Shown here: piece after piece, positions 50,066-62,267 of the stretch
How the letters are laid out: each line of letters opens with the position of its first letter
Numbering within the stretch: the stretch's first letter is position 1
DNA from: an uncultured delta proteobacterium
GTDB lineage: Bacteria > Desulfobacterota > Binatia > Bin18
Direction of reading: 5' to 3'
NCBI GenBank assembly: GCA_963733195.1
Contig: CAVTCR010000070.1
Location: 32,001-96,000 of the forward strand
DNA length: 64,000 nucleotides
Program-made: the position numbers and the translations under genes
The notes under the pieces: model-generated
Told to the model about the DNA's origin: nothing
Database searches by the model: none
What the model saw: the letters and a program-made list of their open reading frames with translations, nothing else

Positions 50066-51883
50066 TTACGCGGACTCGATCGAAGCTGCCAACGCGTGTG
50101 GATGTGCGTTGTCATCGACCTGTTGCTCGTCCGTTGTCACAACAAACTGCTCCACCAACGCCTTCAGCGTGTACCCGACGGCTTGTAAATTGAGTGCGGC
50201 GGTTTCAACTTTGCGAAGTCCCTCGACGCTCTGGGTGCTTGCCTGTCTGATTGATCGCATTGCTACGACAACCCGATCCATACCAACTAATTGTTGTTGA
50301 CTCGATATAGCGATCTGGCTCAGCGCTTGTGCTGACTCGGTGACGTTCTGTGTCAGTGCGCGAATCGATTCTCCAGCTTGCAGCGAACGTTGAGCGCCGA
50401 GATCGGCGGCCTGTGTCCCTTGCCGTGTCACAAGAACCGCCGTGTCTGCAGCACGACGAATATCCGTCAAGATCTTCTGGACTTCTGCCGTGGCGCGTTT
50501 GGACTGGTCGGCAAGCCCGCGGATTTCTTGGGCGACAACAGCGAATCCTTTCCCAGCATCCCCGGCTTTTGCGGCTTCGATGGCGGCATTAATCGCTAAG
50601 AGATGCGATTGCTCAGCGAGCGTGTTGACGGTCGTAATAATATCGCCAATGGTCTGCGTCTGGGTGCCGAGCTCGGCAACGCGTTGAGCAATGGATTCCA
50701 TCTGACTGCGCACGTGATTCATACCGGTGAGCGCTTCTTCAACCGAATGCTGTCCGTGTTGTGATGTTTCCAGGGTTTGGTGGCTATTCCCCGATACTTC
50801 TTGTGCTTTATGATTCGAGACCTGGGCAGTTTGTTTCACTTCCTCTACAGTCGTGGCGGTCTCAGCAACTGAAGTTGCGGCTTGGGTGGTGGTCGCGACA
50901 AGCTGTTGTGTGGAGGACACGATCTTTTCGATAGCAGCCGCCAAGACACGGGTGCTTTCCTGCATTTGTCCACTCATGTGTCGTAAGGTTTCAACCATCC
51001 GCAAAAAACTATGAGAAAGGATGTCGTCTTCCGAGCGGACCCGTAACTGTACCGTGAGATCTCCTTTACTAATAGCGTCAGCCGCACCAGCAACCGTACG
51101 AAAATATTGGATCAGGTCGCGAAATGCAGAGGCAAGGGCACCCATCTCATCCTGGGACTCGTAGGTGACCTGCTGCTGGACATTCCCTTGGGCAATCTTC
51201 ACTGCAGCAGCGGTAATCTCTGCAAGCGGTTTAGTGATAGAACGAGCGAGTAAAAACCCCGGGGTAAAAATAAGCAGCAGCGTAACGATCAGAACCCTTT
51301 GCGCAGTTCGCTTTGCACTTTTGGTGACCTGCATACCTACGACGTTAATCACCGAGACTTCAGCTGCAAGCATGCTATTGATGGTCTCTAACTTTGCTCG
51401 TAACTGTAGGAAGTGTTCTTCAAGATCTTTGAGCATGATACGTGCTTCTTGAGGCTTGCCGTTGACGGCGGTAGTTACGATCTCCTGCGCTTTGACGACA
51501 TAAGTATCAACAAGGGGTCGCACCACAGTGAGTGACTGTACAATCTCGGCAGAGAGCGGGAGGGTGAGACTCTCATCGAAGAGCGTCTTCACCGTCTCGA
51601 CCGCTTCTTGCAGTTTTGCTTGGACCTCCAGTTTTCCTGTCTCGTCATTTTGCTCAGCCAGATACACCGCATGATAGCCAAGCATACGTAACCCATCATG
51701 CGTGATATCGACCTGCAACGTATTTTGCGCGGCGGTAAAATACTGGTGACTCAACTTCAAGTTGTCACTCAGCTGCTCAATTCCTCGATATCCGGCCAGT
51801 CCAGTCATTCCGAGCGCGAAGAAAAGCACAATGGCAAAGAGCTGAAGCTTCTCTTTGATAGGAATATTTTTCAGTCTGGACAT
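50066..51883 (-). CDS. Methyl-accepting chemotaxis protein
   Basis: 2 TM, 4HB sensor, [32 protein letters not shown]. Confidence 0.92.
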   Translation of the reverse strand: MSRLKNIPIKEKLQLFAIVLFFALGMTGLAGYRGIEQLSDNLKLSHQYFTAAQNTLQVDITHDGLRMLGYHAVYLAEQNDETGKLEVQAKLQEAVETVKTLFDESLTLPLSAEIVQSLTVVRPLVDTYVVKAQEIVTTAVNGKPQEARIMLKDLEEHFLQLRAKLETINSMLAAEVSVINVVGMQVTKSAKRTAQRVLIVTLLLIFTPGFLLARSITKPLAEITAAAVKIAQGNVQQQVTYESQDEMGALASAFRDLIQYFRTVAGAADAISKGDLTVQLRVRSEDDILSHSFLRMVETLRHMSGQMQESTRVLAAAIEKIVSSTQQLVATTTQAATSVAETATTVEEVKQTAQVSNHKAQEVSGNSHQTLETSQHGQHSVEEALTGMNHVRSQMESIAQRVAELGTQTQTIGDIITTVNTLAEQSHLLAINAAIEAAKAGDAGKGFAVVAQEIRGLADQSKRATAEVQKILTDIRRAADTAVLVTRQGTQAADLGAQRSLQAGESIRALTQNVTESAQALSQIAISSQQQLVGMDRVVVAMRSIRQASTQSVEGLRKVETAALNLQAVGYTLKALVEQFVVTTDEQQVDDNAHPHALAASIESA

Positions 51884-52145
51884 AAAAATTTCTCCGAGTG
51901 GGAGATTCACGCTCCTGTGTGCCGGCAAGGAGGATCGCTTATTTGCACAATGCTCTTCTTGAAATAATGATCCCTGACCTCCTTTTCGTTATCGGATTGC
52001 CGAGAAAAACCTTTATTTTTAGAGGAAAACAGCAAAAGCAGATCAGGGAAAGAATGTAGATACAGAACGAACGAGAAAAAGTGATTTTTCTCTGGGCTAT
52101 TGCCCCTTGGTTTCTTCCTCTTTATCAAGAGAAACAACGCACATT

Positions 52146-53967
52146 ATGGATTTTTCTTTTCTTTCTCCTTCAGCCTGGCAGCTACTCTACGCATTGCCGC
52201 TACTCCTGATTCCTTATCTCTTTCGCGAGCGTGGACGTCGCGTGGTGGTGTCTGCAGTGTTCCTCTATCAAGGTCTCCCGCCGGCGACACAACGCCGTTT
52301 GTGGGGCACTCTGCGTCTCTCTCCGTTGTTTTTCCTTCAGCTTCTTATTCTCCTGTTTTTGATCACAGCGGCTGCTCAACCGTTTCTCCATCGGCGTGGC
52401 GAGAAAGTAGCGATTGTGCTTGATACCTCAGCCAGCATGCAAGCGCGTTCTCTCACAACGAAAAACAATGTGTTTGTCATAGCTCAGCAGCAAGCTCTAG
52501 ACCTGATTGCCTCGCTTCCGAGTGAAGATTCGGTAAGCCTTTTTGTCACGACCCCTTTTCCAACCGTCGTTGCTACTTCAAGCGAGACTGCTTCATGGGT
52601 ACAAGAACAGGCTGCCGCGGTCAGGGTGACAGACATGCCCGATGTGAGTGATGAGGTGCTTTCGGCATTCTTCTCTCAGCTTCTCAAAGAGCAAGATTTT
52701 CAGCGGATTGTTTTTTTTACTGACCGACCATTGGCCGCAGAGCAAGAGACAAACGCACTAACCGTGCGAGTACTTGGTTCGCCACAGCCCAATTTATCGA
52801 TTGCGACGTTCCAAATTGATCGCAGTCCATTTACTCCCGATGATGTCGAGGCGACTGTGACGGTCTCGGGACTTGAACGTGGAGTGAGTGGGAGTGTCAG
52901 TATTGAAGACGGGGAATCAGGGAAAGTTCTCGTCTCCCAGCCGTTAGTGAAACACGAACGATCTGTGATGACATTTGCGCATTTGCCAGTAGCGACAACC
53001 TATCGGGCGCGCCTTCTTGTGGATGACGCCTTGGCCGTTGATAATGAAGCCTATGCAGTGTTGCCGTCCGTAAAGGCGATTTCCATTTTGGTCGTGTCTC
53101 CCACAGCCAACGTGGCGAGTAGCCTCGACCAGATTCCTAACCTCCACGTGGAACGTCTCACTCCCGCAGAATATACTCCAGCCCGTGCGGTTGGGGTTCC
53201 ACTTGTGATGTTTCACCTCGTGATGCCGGAATCTCTGCCAGAAACTAATGCCGCGTTTATCTTTCCGCCTGAGGGAAACGCTTTGTTTCCTCTCGGAAAA
53301 GCCGCGCAACGACCGCAGGTGACTCAGTGGGCGGCGGCTCATCCATTGACCAGTTATGTGACTTTTCCATTACTAACCCCTCGGTATGCTCAGGCGTTAC
53401 TGCCCGTCGGATGGTGTGCGCCAATTGTGAGTGGTACTGTTGGGACACTCCTCCTTGCTGGTGAGCGCGACGGCTATCGCTATGCAGCGGTTGGGTTTGA
53501 TCTCCTCCCATATCTCGGAAAACAGAATCTTCCGACATCTATTCTGACGCTCAACTTATTAGGGTGGTTGGCTGCCCGTGCCGGACAGCCACTTGATCTC
53601 CATACTGGGTCGTCATTCCCGGTGCTGAACACAGAGACGCAAATTCACCTGGCAAACGGTGAACAGATACAGCCGATCGGGAACGCCGTCATTTTAGCAA
53701 AACAGGGGATGTATACTAGTCAGTGAGAATGGTCAGGAGCGACGGATTGCGTGAATCTCAGTAATACAGAGGAATCCCAACTTGGCCGTCCCTTGCAACT
53801 TACCCCGTTGGACTTTGCCGACACCCCTTGCGGCAGAAAAGACCGGCAAACCATTGTGGCCGTGGCTTCTCCTTAGCGTGGTCATCTTGTTAATGGTCGA
53901 GTGGTGGTGGGCGATGCGTAAAGCACGTCGGGGGGTTGAACACTCGACTCGTACTGTTCCGAGCTGA
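52146..53967 (+). CDS. BatA/vWA-domain protein (3' indels)
   Basis: BatA-type N-terminus, LDTSASM, FTD; stitched C-terminal LWPWLLL...EWW. Confidence 0.8.
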
Positions 53968-53979
53968 AGATGAGAGGCT

Positions 53980-54123
53980 GTCATTGCGAGCCCTTCGTCA
54001 AGCTCAGGATAAACTGGGCGAAGCAATCTCTGCCTTATTTGTTGCGTTATACGAGATTGCTTCGTCGCCGAAGCCTGTCCTGAGCGTAGCGGTAACGAAG
54101 TCGCAGGGGTTCCTCGCAATGAC
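53980..54123. repeat. Palindromic element (GTCATTGCGAG...GCAATCTC / GAGATTGC...CTCGCAATGAC)
   Basis: Terminal inverted arms; related sequence inside the CDS at about 21100-21150. Confidence 0.75.
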
Positions 54124-54163
54124 TCCCTTCAGACGTTTTTAGACAACTTTGTAGTGTCTCGCT

Positions 54164-55054
54164 CTACGACCTTCCCCCGACATGTGTGCCCTGGTTGGCA
54201 AACGTGTCCTTTCCATGTGCATAGGCAAAAATATTCTGCCCAGCGTTCCGGTTCACCAACTCTCGTCCCCACATCGGATGGAACATACTGCGTACTTCAT
54301 GTTCGAGCTCACACAGAGTTCTTCCCGAGTCGGGATCAATGATAGTGCGGAATCGATATTGATGATTATCACTCTCCTCGCTCACCAGTCCGCGCTCCTT
54401 CAGGAACGCATGGGGGGTAGAAAAATTGGCAATATAAATGGCGATGTGGTGGCCATCGTATGACGGAATCGGCGCTGTGGTTTCGCGAAACATTAGCTTT
54501 TGTGAACGCCCGACTTGGACACAGGCCACCGCACCCTGTTTGCTCGGCGTCCAGGTCGCTGGTGCTTGCATGATTTCCTTGTAGAACTGCGCGATACCTA
54601 ATGCGGCGTTCGGTTCGACCGTCAGCTCTATATAAGGAATACCCAGAGTCATATCGCCAAATTGCGGGCTAGGCGCGTGACAGCGAAACTGATTGCCCCA
54701 CGGGCAAGTGACTGTAATATGGCCATTCTCTTCTGCACAGCGGAACGCCGTGCCCGTAAGCTTGGTTTGCGCACGTTCCAAGCGTCTCTTCAGTGAATCG
54801 AGATCGGGAACGACCAAGCCGATGTGTCCGCGCAGCACTTGCGGTTGACGAGTCGGGAGATGGAATTGCTGCTCTCCGACATTGACCCACATATTTTCCG
54901 TGCCAACCATCATATACGGGTCGCGTGTGAGTCCGAGTGTCTGGACATAAAATTGTAACGCGAGTGCTTGATCAGGAACGGTAACGTTGACATGCTCCAT
55001 CGCTAAGATGTTCCCAACATCCTGCGTCGTACGATCATAATTTTTTTCTGCCAT
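54164..55054 (-). CDS. Two-domain VOC/glyoxalase-like hypothetical protein
   Basis: EHVNVTVPD, QQFHLP, GHHIAIY; RBS aaggagg. Confidence 0.7.
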   Translation of the reverse strand: MAEKNYDRTTQDVGNILAMEHVNVTVPDQALALQFYVQTLGLTRDPYMMVGTENMWVNVGEQQFHLPTRQPQVLRGHIGLVVPDLDSLKRRLERAQTKLTGTAFRCAEENGHITVTCPWGNQFRCHAPSPQFGDMTLGIPYIELTVEPNAALGIAQFYKEIMQAPATWTPSKQGAVACVQVGRSQKLMFRETTAPIPSYDGHHIAIYIANFSTPHAFLKERGLVSEESDNHQYRFRTIIDPDSGRTLCELEHEVRSMFHPMWGRELVNRNAGQNIFAYAHGKDTFANQGTHVGGRS

Positions 55055-55085
55055 GCTCTCTTCCTCCTTTGCGAGTTGATTTTGC

Positions 55086-55448
55086 TTAGGGGCGTGACTC
55101 CAGCTCGATTTTTACCGTGGCGCGCGGTTGGACGATACGTCGTGGCTCCCCTTTCTTTTCTCTAAAGAAGATCTTGACACTGCGGACACCTGCCACTTGC
55201 GCGAGTTTCCGTTGCAATTCAGGATCAGGAGCAACGAAGGTAATCATCTCTAGTTGATTATTCTCTACAAGCTGCAAGATAAGGCCGTCTAGAAAAGAGA
55301 AGGACAGCAACTTTGCACTACTAAGGTCAACTTCTACTATCCCGCTGAGGAGATGCTCACGAAGCTTCTGGTAGGCCTCCTCCCCGCGAGGCCGGGTTAC
55401 GGTTTTTGGAGCCAATTGAGTAATTGATACGTAGGTCTCCATTGTCAT
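55086..55448 (-). CDS. STAS-like (DUF4325-type) protein
   Basis: TRPRGEEAY...VEVDLSSAKLLSFSFLDGLI. Confidence 0.65.
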   Translation of the reverse strand: MTMETYVSITQLAPKTVTRPRGEEAYQKLREHLLSGIVEVDLSSAKLLSFSFLDGLILQLVENNQLEMITFVAPDPELQRKLAQVAGVRSVKIFFREKKGEPRRIVQPRATVKIELESRP

Positions 55449-56278
55449 GGCCTCCCTGGGAAAATCAATTCGATTTGCACGCCGGTGAGTTCAAACCCCA
55501 TTTTCTTTGCTGTGTTCTTTCCGGTTTTTCCATGCACGATAATATATTCATCTCCGGTTGCGATACGAAATTCCCCTTTCAGGTCCGTAACGTAGTCCAA
55601 CATCTCACTGAATCCCGTCCCACCGCCTCCACGTTTGCTACTCACTCCCGGTTCAAGAGCTTTCAAAATCGCTTCGTGATGCGGCTGATGTGCAAGATAG
55701 GCATATTTTTCAGTGGTGGACAAGCAAGCCCTGATCCCTCTTCCACAATCACCAATTGCCATCACAAGTTCTCCAGAAGGTCCGCGGTTGCGATAATACT
55801 GGACCATGAAGGCTGCCAGGTTTTGGCCTGAATGCTCGACGAAATTCTGTACAAGCTCGGCCGTAACTTCAGCAACGACACTTGGACGCAATTTGTCAGC
55901 GTTCCTCTCCACGACGTTAGCAACTGCGTCTGCCAGCTCCTCCGCAACATGCTGATCTTTTTCTACATCTGCGATGTCGTCGAGAGAGGTAGAAGTCGTA
56001 AAGCGACGCAGGTTTTCTGTCTTGATCACTCGCGGGTCAAAATTAAACCGCTCCCAGAATTGCTGTTGAGCAAGATACTGTCGGGCTTTTTTGTTACTGG
56101 GTGGGGCAACGTCGAAGGATCGCTTCTGTGAATTGAAATGGCGGAGAAACATTCCTAAATACACCAAGGCAAACGGCTCAAAGAAAGTTACGTCAGACAA
56201 GTCTATCGTTGGTCTTTGCTTCGCAAAATTGACCTTGCTACAAAACTCTCCAATAGTGAAAAATGTAAGACTGCTCAT
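55445..56278 (-). CDS. STAS-like + GHKL/HATPase (anti-sigma-kinase-like) protein
   Basis: IDLSDVTFFEP, ELVQNFVEHS (N box), IGDCGRGI (G1), GGGTGF (G2). Confidence 0.75.
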   Translation of the reverse strand: MSSLTFFTIGEFCSKVNFAKQRPTIDLSDVTFFEPFALVYLGMFLRHFNSQKRSFDVAPPSNKKARQYLAQQQFWERFNFDPRVIKTENLRRFTTSTSLDDIADVEKDQHVAEELADAVANVVERNADKLRPSVVAEVTAELVQNFVEHSGQNLAAFMVQYYRNRGPSGELVMAIGDCGRGIRACLSTTEKYAYLAHQPHHEAILKALEPGVSSKRGGGGTGFSEMLDYVTDLKGEFRIATGDEYIIVHGKTGKNTAKKMGFELTGVQIELIFPGRP

Positions 56279-56377
56279 AGGAACCTTATTACAACTCCGC
56301 CACAGGATGAGAAGGACAACCCAAAGCCTTTTATGCTTAGCGCATTCAGCCGTTAAAGTGAAAGAGGTATGTTTACT

Positions 56378-57295
56378 TCACCCCAACAACACCAGTGCGA
56401 TTCCAGCCGTGACCAAAGCCACGCCAGGAAGCTGACGGAGAATCTCACGTTCCCGCCAGACGACAAGCGCAAGGACAACCGCAAGGATCGCCTCAATTTG
56501 GCCCACAGCTTTGGCATAGGCGACAAGAGTCAGCGAATATGACCAGAACCAACACAAGCTACCGCCGAAGCCAGCCGCGCCAATGAGTGCCATTCGTCGC
56601 CAGTGTACGGGGACGAGGCGAAACTCTTGTGGTTTGTCCAGGCAATGAGCGGAGTGAGGATAACAACTTCAATCCATACCGTATGAAAGAGTGTATGGGC
56701 AGAGGAGACGAACCGCCCAGACCCGACCCAGGGATTGGCTGACAACAAACACTTTGTTTGCTTCTTTCAACATAAAGCTGGCAATGACGATAAAGAAGGC
56801 ACACGCTAAGGCCAGCAGGGTGCCCGTGTCGAGATGAAACGCGCGACGCCAACCATCCGGTCCAGTTTCTCGCCCAAGGTTCATGAATAACACGCCGAGA
56901 CTACACACGCCGATGCCAAGCCAGCCAGTCATAGTCGGATATTCACCAAAGAGCAGGACACCAGTAACAGCAGTGAAAGCAACTTCAAGTTTGTGCAATA
57001 CGATCGACTGGGCAAAGTTGGCACGGTTAAAGGCCGCGATCAGAGCAATGTTCCCGAGAATCTGAGTGACGGCAGTTGCAGTACAGTAACCGAAGAACGC
57101 CAACGGTAACTGTGGCCAGCCATAACGGTACAGCAATAATGCAGTGAGAGGGAGGCACAACGGCAAATTGAAAGCGAATCGCGACCAACTATTAAGTAGT
57201 GGCGAAACTTTTCCCGCCAGACTGCGGGAAAAGGCGTTTCGGGCAGTTTGCAAACACCCAGCGGTGAAGGCAATCTCAGCCCACATTACTTCCAC
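56378..57295 (-). CDS. EamA/DMT-family transporter (indels)
   Basis: QTARN, RFAFNLP, multiple TMs, AYAKAVGQIE. Confidence 0.75.
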
Positions 57296-57822
57296 GCTCG
57301 GCGGAATTCACACTGAGGGAGGGCTTCTTGAAGGGCGTCGACAGCAGCGGTACTCACCAGAGTACTGCGGAGATTGAGAACTCGCAGTCCGGTCAAGCTT
57401 CGCAAATGTGCGAGGCCGGCATCGCTAATGGGGGTGTCGTAGAGCCACAACACACGGAGGCCGCTGAGTTTGCTCAAATGTGCCAATTGCGCATTTGAGA
57501 CACGTGTACTGGAAAGCTGGAGATATTGGATGTCGTCAGGTCGAAGTTGACTTAACGAGGAAAGGTCGGTTGCGGCTTGTGGGTTAATAATAAGACGTAA
57601 CTCTTTGTCACTAGGGATGGAGATCATTCCACGTGCTTCACCGATAGGTTCCCAAAAAGCATAATCTTCAGGACTGAACTCACGATCACGCATCCACAAC
57701 ATGCCGAGTGAACGATCTGAGGGGAAGCGAACTTGGCGAGGCGGAAGGGCATTCGCAGCCTTGCCTTTACTATTCAATGAGAGCGTCAGTGACCCATGCC
57801 GGGGCGGTTTCGCATTGTTCAT
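57286..57822 (-). CDS. Leucine-rich-repeat protein
   Basis: 24-aa LRRs such as LRVLWLYDTPISDAGLAHLRSLTG. Confidence 0.8.
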   Translation of the reverse strand: MNNAKPPRHGSLTLSLNSKGKAANALPPRQVRFPSDRSLGMLWMRDREFSPEDYAFWEPIGEARGMISIPSDKELRLIINPQAATDLSSLSQLRPDDIQYLQLSSTRVSNAQLAHLSKLSGLRVLWLYDTPISDAGLAHLRSLTGLRVLNLRSTLVSTAAVDALQEALPQCEFRRAWK

Positions 57823-57891
57823 GAAACGATTATCTCTTGCCTTCCTTATAACCGGGCTAAGTTAGCGATATGCGAGGGTAAGTCAACCGCT

Positions 57892-57993
57892 TTCGTCATT
57901 CCAGCGCAAGCTGGAATCCAGGAAGAATAACCGGCGGCTATTGCTTGAGGCACCTGGATTCCGGGTCTCGCGCTGCTCGCCCGGAATGACGAA
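57892..57993. repeat. Palindromic doublet (GTCATTCC...GGAATCCAG type)
   Basis: ttcgtcattccagcgcaagctggaatccagg ... cctggattccgggtctcgcgctgctcgcccggaatgacgaa. Confidence 0.75.
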
Positions 57994-58220
57994 GAAGAGA
58001 ACCCGCTCTGTATTTCGTGTGCTGTGTACTGAGCAGATCGATTGTGAAGAGTAGGGTATACAGATCGAACACAATGACATCGAGATCCTCGTCTGTGGTA
58101 TACTAAGACATATCGAGAATACGAATCTTAGGGGGGATTTTCTGGGGCTCTTCGTGTCATCACTATTGCCGAGAATAGTCCTGGGCAGGTGTCACCGTAC
58201 GTGCTGGGTATGAGGAGAGG

Positions 58221-61200
58221 GTGGAAGTGACAGTCCTCCAGAGCAACTTCGCCCAACTCGCAGAGCACGACGAGCAGCTCTTACGTCTGGGGCTGCTTGC
58301 GGAACGGTATTTCCCAGAAGATCCAAATACTTCGCTGCTCAAGTTGCGCCAGTTGACAGAACTGCTCGCGCAGCATGTCGCGACCAATGTCGGTGCCTAT
58401 GTGTCGACGGAGGAGGCGCAGTACGACCTCATTCGTCGCCTGCAAGATCAAGGCATCCTTCCTCGCGAGATTGCCCAACTCTTCAGTGAAGTGAGGCGAG
58501 CAGGCAACGCCGCTAGCCATGCGCTGGTCGGAGATCATCGCACCGCGCTCGCAGCACTCAAGATCACCTGGCAAATTGGCGTCTGGTTTCATCGCACCTT
58601 CAAGAATCCGGCATTTAAGTCTGGCGCTTTCATTCCACCGCAGGCTCCACGGGATGAATCCGACGATCTGCGTGCTGAACTTGCGCGTCTGACCAGGGAG
58701 TTGGACGAGCATCGCGCTGCCCATCATGAAGTCGTGCAGCACCTCGAATCCACCGAAGCCAAGCTGCGCGAGGCTAAAGACGAACAGTCCTTCTGGGAAC
58801 AGATGGCGGTCGAAGCCGAGAATGCTAAAGCCACGCTCGCCCAGCAGCTAGCGCAGCAGCAGGCGTTGACCGCCACGCAGTCAAAAGAAACTGTGGCTAC
58901 GTTCGTTGCGGCTGCGAACACTGCTGCGACAGCAGTACATCTTGATGAGGCCGAGACCCGTACACTCATCGACCAACAACTCCGCCAGGCAGGGTGGGAA
59001 GCCGACTCCGCGACCATCAGATACTCGACCGGTGCACGCCCCGAGAAGGGGAAGAACCTGGCGATCGCCGAGTGGCCTACTGCGAGCGGCCCGGCTGATT
59101 ACGTCCTCTTCGTTGGCCTCACGCCGATGGCTGCGGTCGAGGCCAAACGCAAGAACACCGACGTCTCCGGCGCCTTACAACAAGCCAAGCGCTACAGCCG
59201 TGGATTCACTCCTAGTGAAGAGACAGCGTTGCATCCGGAGAACTGGGGTGCTGAAAACACTTACCGTTTGCCTTTTGTCTTCTCGTCCAACGGCCGCCCG
59301 TATCTGCGTCAACTCGCTACCAAAAGTGGTATCTGGTTTTGTGACGTGCGCCGTACCGACAACCTCGGCCACGCGCTCGATGGCTGGTACACACCCGAAG
59401 GTTTGACCACCCTACTCAAGCGTGACGAGCAACGCGCGCACGACCAGCTTAAAACCGAACCATTCAACTACGGCTTCTTGCTGCGCCACTACCAACAAGC
59501 CGCCATCCAAGCCGCAGAATCCGCCATCGCCCAGGGGCGACGCGAGATGTTGCTCGCCATGGCCACTGGCACCGGCAAGACTAAGACTTGTATCGCACTG
59601 ATCTATCGCTTGCTCAAAGTGCAACGCTTCCGCCGCGTGCTCTTTCTCGTGGATCGTTCTGCACTCGGCGAACAAGCCGCCAACGCGTTCAAGGACACGC
59701 GAATGGAGAGCCTGCAGACCTTCGCCGACATCTTCGGCATCAAGGAACTCGACGAGCAGAAGCCCGACACTGACACCGCCGTGCATATCGCCACGGTGCA
59801 AGGTATGGTTCAACGCACGCTCTATCCAGGCGAGGATACGGCGCCGCCGGCCGTCGATCAGTACGACTGCATTGTCGTCGACGAGTGTCATCGCGGCTAT
59901 CTACTCGATCGTGAACTGTCTGATACTGAACTCGGCTTCCGCAGCTTCGAAGACTACATCTCGAAATATCGCCGCGTGCTGGATTACTTTGACGCCTACA
60001 AGATCGGTCTCACTGCCACTCCAGCCTTACATACCACGCAAATCTTCGGCACGCCGATCTATACTTACAGCTATCGCGAAGCAGTGATTGACGGTTATCT
60101 CGTTGACCATGAGCCACCGGTGCAGATCAACACTGAGCTGTCCACCGACGGTATCAAGTGGAGAGTCGGTGAAACAGTCTCTGTTTTCGACCCGCACCGC
60201 AACCAGATCGATCTCTTTACCACGCCCGATGAGATCAAGCTCGATATCGAGGACTTTAACCGTAAGGTCATTACCAGGCCATTCAACGAGGTCATCTGCA
60301 ATTACCTGGCACAAGAACTCGACCCTGCTTCGCGTCAGAAAACTTTGATCTTCTGCGCCACTGACGCGCACGCGGATCTCGTTGTCGACTTGCTCAAGCA
60401 AGCGTTTAAGAACCACTACGGCACAGTCGACGACGATGCTGTTATCAAGATCACCGGCGCCGCCGATAAGCCGCTGCAACTGATCCGCCGCTACAAGAAC
60501 GAGCGCAACCCGAACGTCGCTGTCACAGTGGACCTGTTGACCACCGGCGTGGATGTGCCCGAAATCTGTAACCTCGTCTTCCTACGCCGGGTCAATAGTC
60601 GCATCCTGTTCGACCAGATGCTTGGCCGCGCGACGCGTCTGTGCGAGGAGATTGGTAAAGAGACCTTCCGCATCTTCGATGCAGTGAAGATCTACGAAGC
60701 CCTGAAGGGCCTCACCGCAATGCAACCCGTGGTCATCAACCCAGCCATCAGCTTCACCCAACTCGCCCGCGAGCTGACGCAGGTGACCAGCGACAAGGAA
60801 CGCGCGCTCGTGCGCGACCAATTCGTCGCTAAACTCCAGCGCAAGAAGCGCCACTTGAGTGAAGCCAACACTCGCGACTTCGAAACCCGTGCCGGCATGC
60901 CGCCCGATGCCTTTCTTCGGAAGCTCCGCACTATGCCATTGACGGACATCGCGGCCTGGTTCACGCAGCATCCTGACCTTGGCGAAATCCTCGACCGCAA
61001 GGGAGAAGGGCGTGCGACCCCGGTCTTCATCTCCGAGCATCCTGACCAGTTGCTCAGCACCGAACGTGGCTATGGCAAGGCCAAGAAGCCGGACGACTAC
61101 CTCAAGGAGTTCACCGCTTTCATCAATAGCCACCGCAACGACATCCCGGCGCTACTCACCGTGCTCACCCGTCCGCGTGAACTCACTCGCAAACAATTGC

Positions 61201-61603
61201 GCGAACTCGCACTTAGAGCTGGACCAAGGCTGGTTACAGCGAGGTCAATCTCGCCATCGCCTGGCGCGAGAAGACCAATCAAGACATTGCCGCACGTATC
61301 ATCGGTTACATCCGTCAGGCTGCCATCGGTGATCCACTGTTGCCCTATGAGCAACGGGTGGACAACGCTTTGCAGAAAATGCTCGCCTCGCGCGCCTGGT
61401 CCACGCCGCAGCGTCAGTGGTTACAGAAGATCGCCGCCCAGACCAAGGCCAACCTCATCGTCGATCGCGCTGCGCTCGATGACCCGGACCTCGTCTTCAA
61501 GCGCGAAGGTGGCGGCTTCACCCGGCTCGACCGTATCTTCGGTGGCGAACTCACGCAGGTACTCGAAACATTCAACGATGCTCTGTGGGAAGATGCAGCC
61601 TGA
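58221..61603 (+). CDS. hsdR: Type I restriction endonuclease subunit R, EcoKI-like (indel near 61210-61250)
   Basis: ADYVL...VEAKR, MATGTGKT, DECHRGY, GLTATP, QMLGRATR; C-terminus continues in 61340-61603. Confidence 0.92.
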
Positions 61604-61612
61604 GTCAGAACT

Positions 61613-61727
61613 GTGAGGCTGGAATAAGCGGAGCGTTTCGGCGAGGAAAAGGATACCGCCAGGAACGTTGTGGCATCCTGGCCTACGATGAGAGATCGTA
61701 GGCCGGAATAAGCGCAGCGTTTCCGGC
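61613..61727. repeat. BIME-like REP array upstream of RAYT
   Basis: REP-A at 61613-61642 and 61698-61727 (gtaggccggaataagcgcagcgtttccggc); inverted REP-B at 61658-61686. Confidence 0.85.
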
Positions 61728-61741
61728 AGTAGGATGTGCTC

Positions 61742-62261
61742 ATGAGTGACTATCGAAGGCTTTATATTCCTGGCGGCTCTTATTTCTTCACCGTAGTCAC
61801 ATATGAACGGCAGTATTTATTCACTACTGCGCAACGGGTGAAAGAGCTGCGTCAAGCATTTAGCTACGTCAAAATGCGCCGTCCCTTTGCTATTGTTGCA
61901 GCCGTCGTGCTCCCGGATCATCTTCACTGCTTGTGGCAATTACCGGATGGTGACTGCGATTTCTCGACTCGCTGGCAAATGATTAAGACGGAATTTTCAC
62001 GACGCATTCCTTCGCCGGCAGGAAAGGATGGGGCAAAGACGATTTGGCAACCTCGCTTTTGGGAACATCGTGATTCGCGACGAAGAGGATTTTCGCCGTC
62101 ATCTCGACTACATCCACTACAATCCAGTGAAGCATGGATTGGTGTCCGCTCCTGCAGCATGGCCGTACAGCTCTTTTCGGAAATTCGTCAGGATGCACTG
62201 GTATGACGTGGATTGGGGTGCTACAGAACCCAAAACTCTCGCTAACCTGGAATACGAGTAG
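61742..62261 (+). CDS. REP-associated tyrosine transposase (RAYT, HUH/Y1), one indel
   Basis: YFFTVVT, VVLPDHLHCLW, IWQPRFWEH, IRDEEDF..HLDYIHYNPVKHG, WPYSSF. Confidence 0.9.
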
Positions 62262-62267
62262 AAGAGT

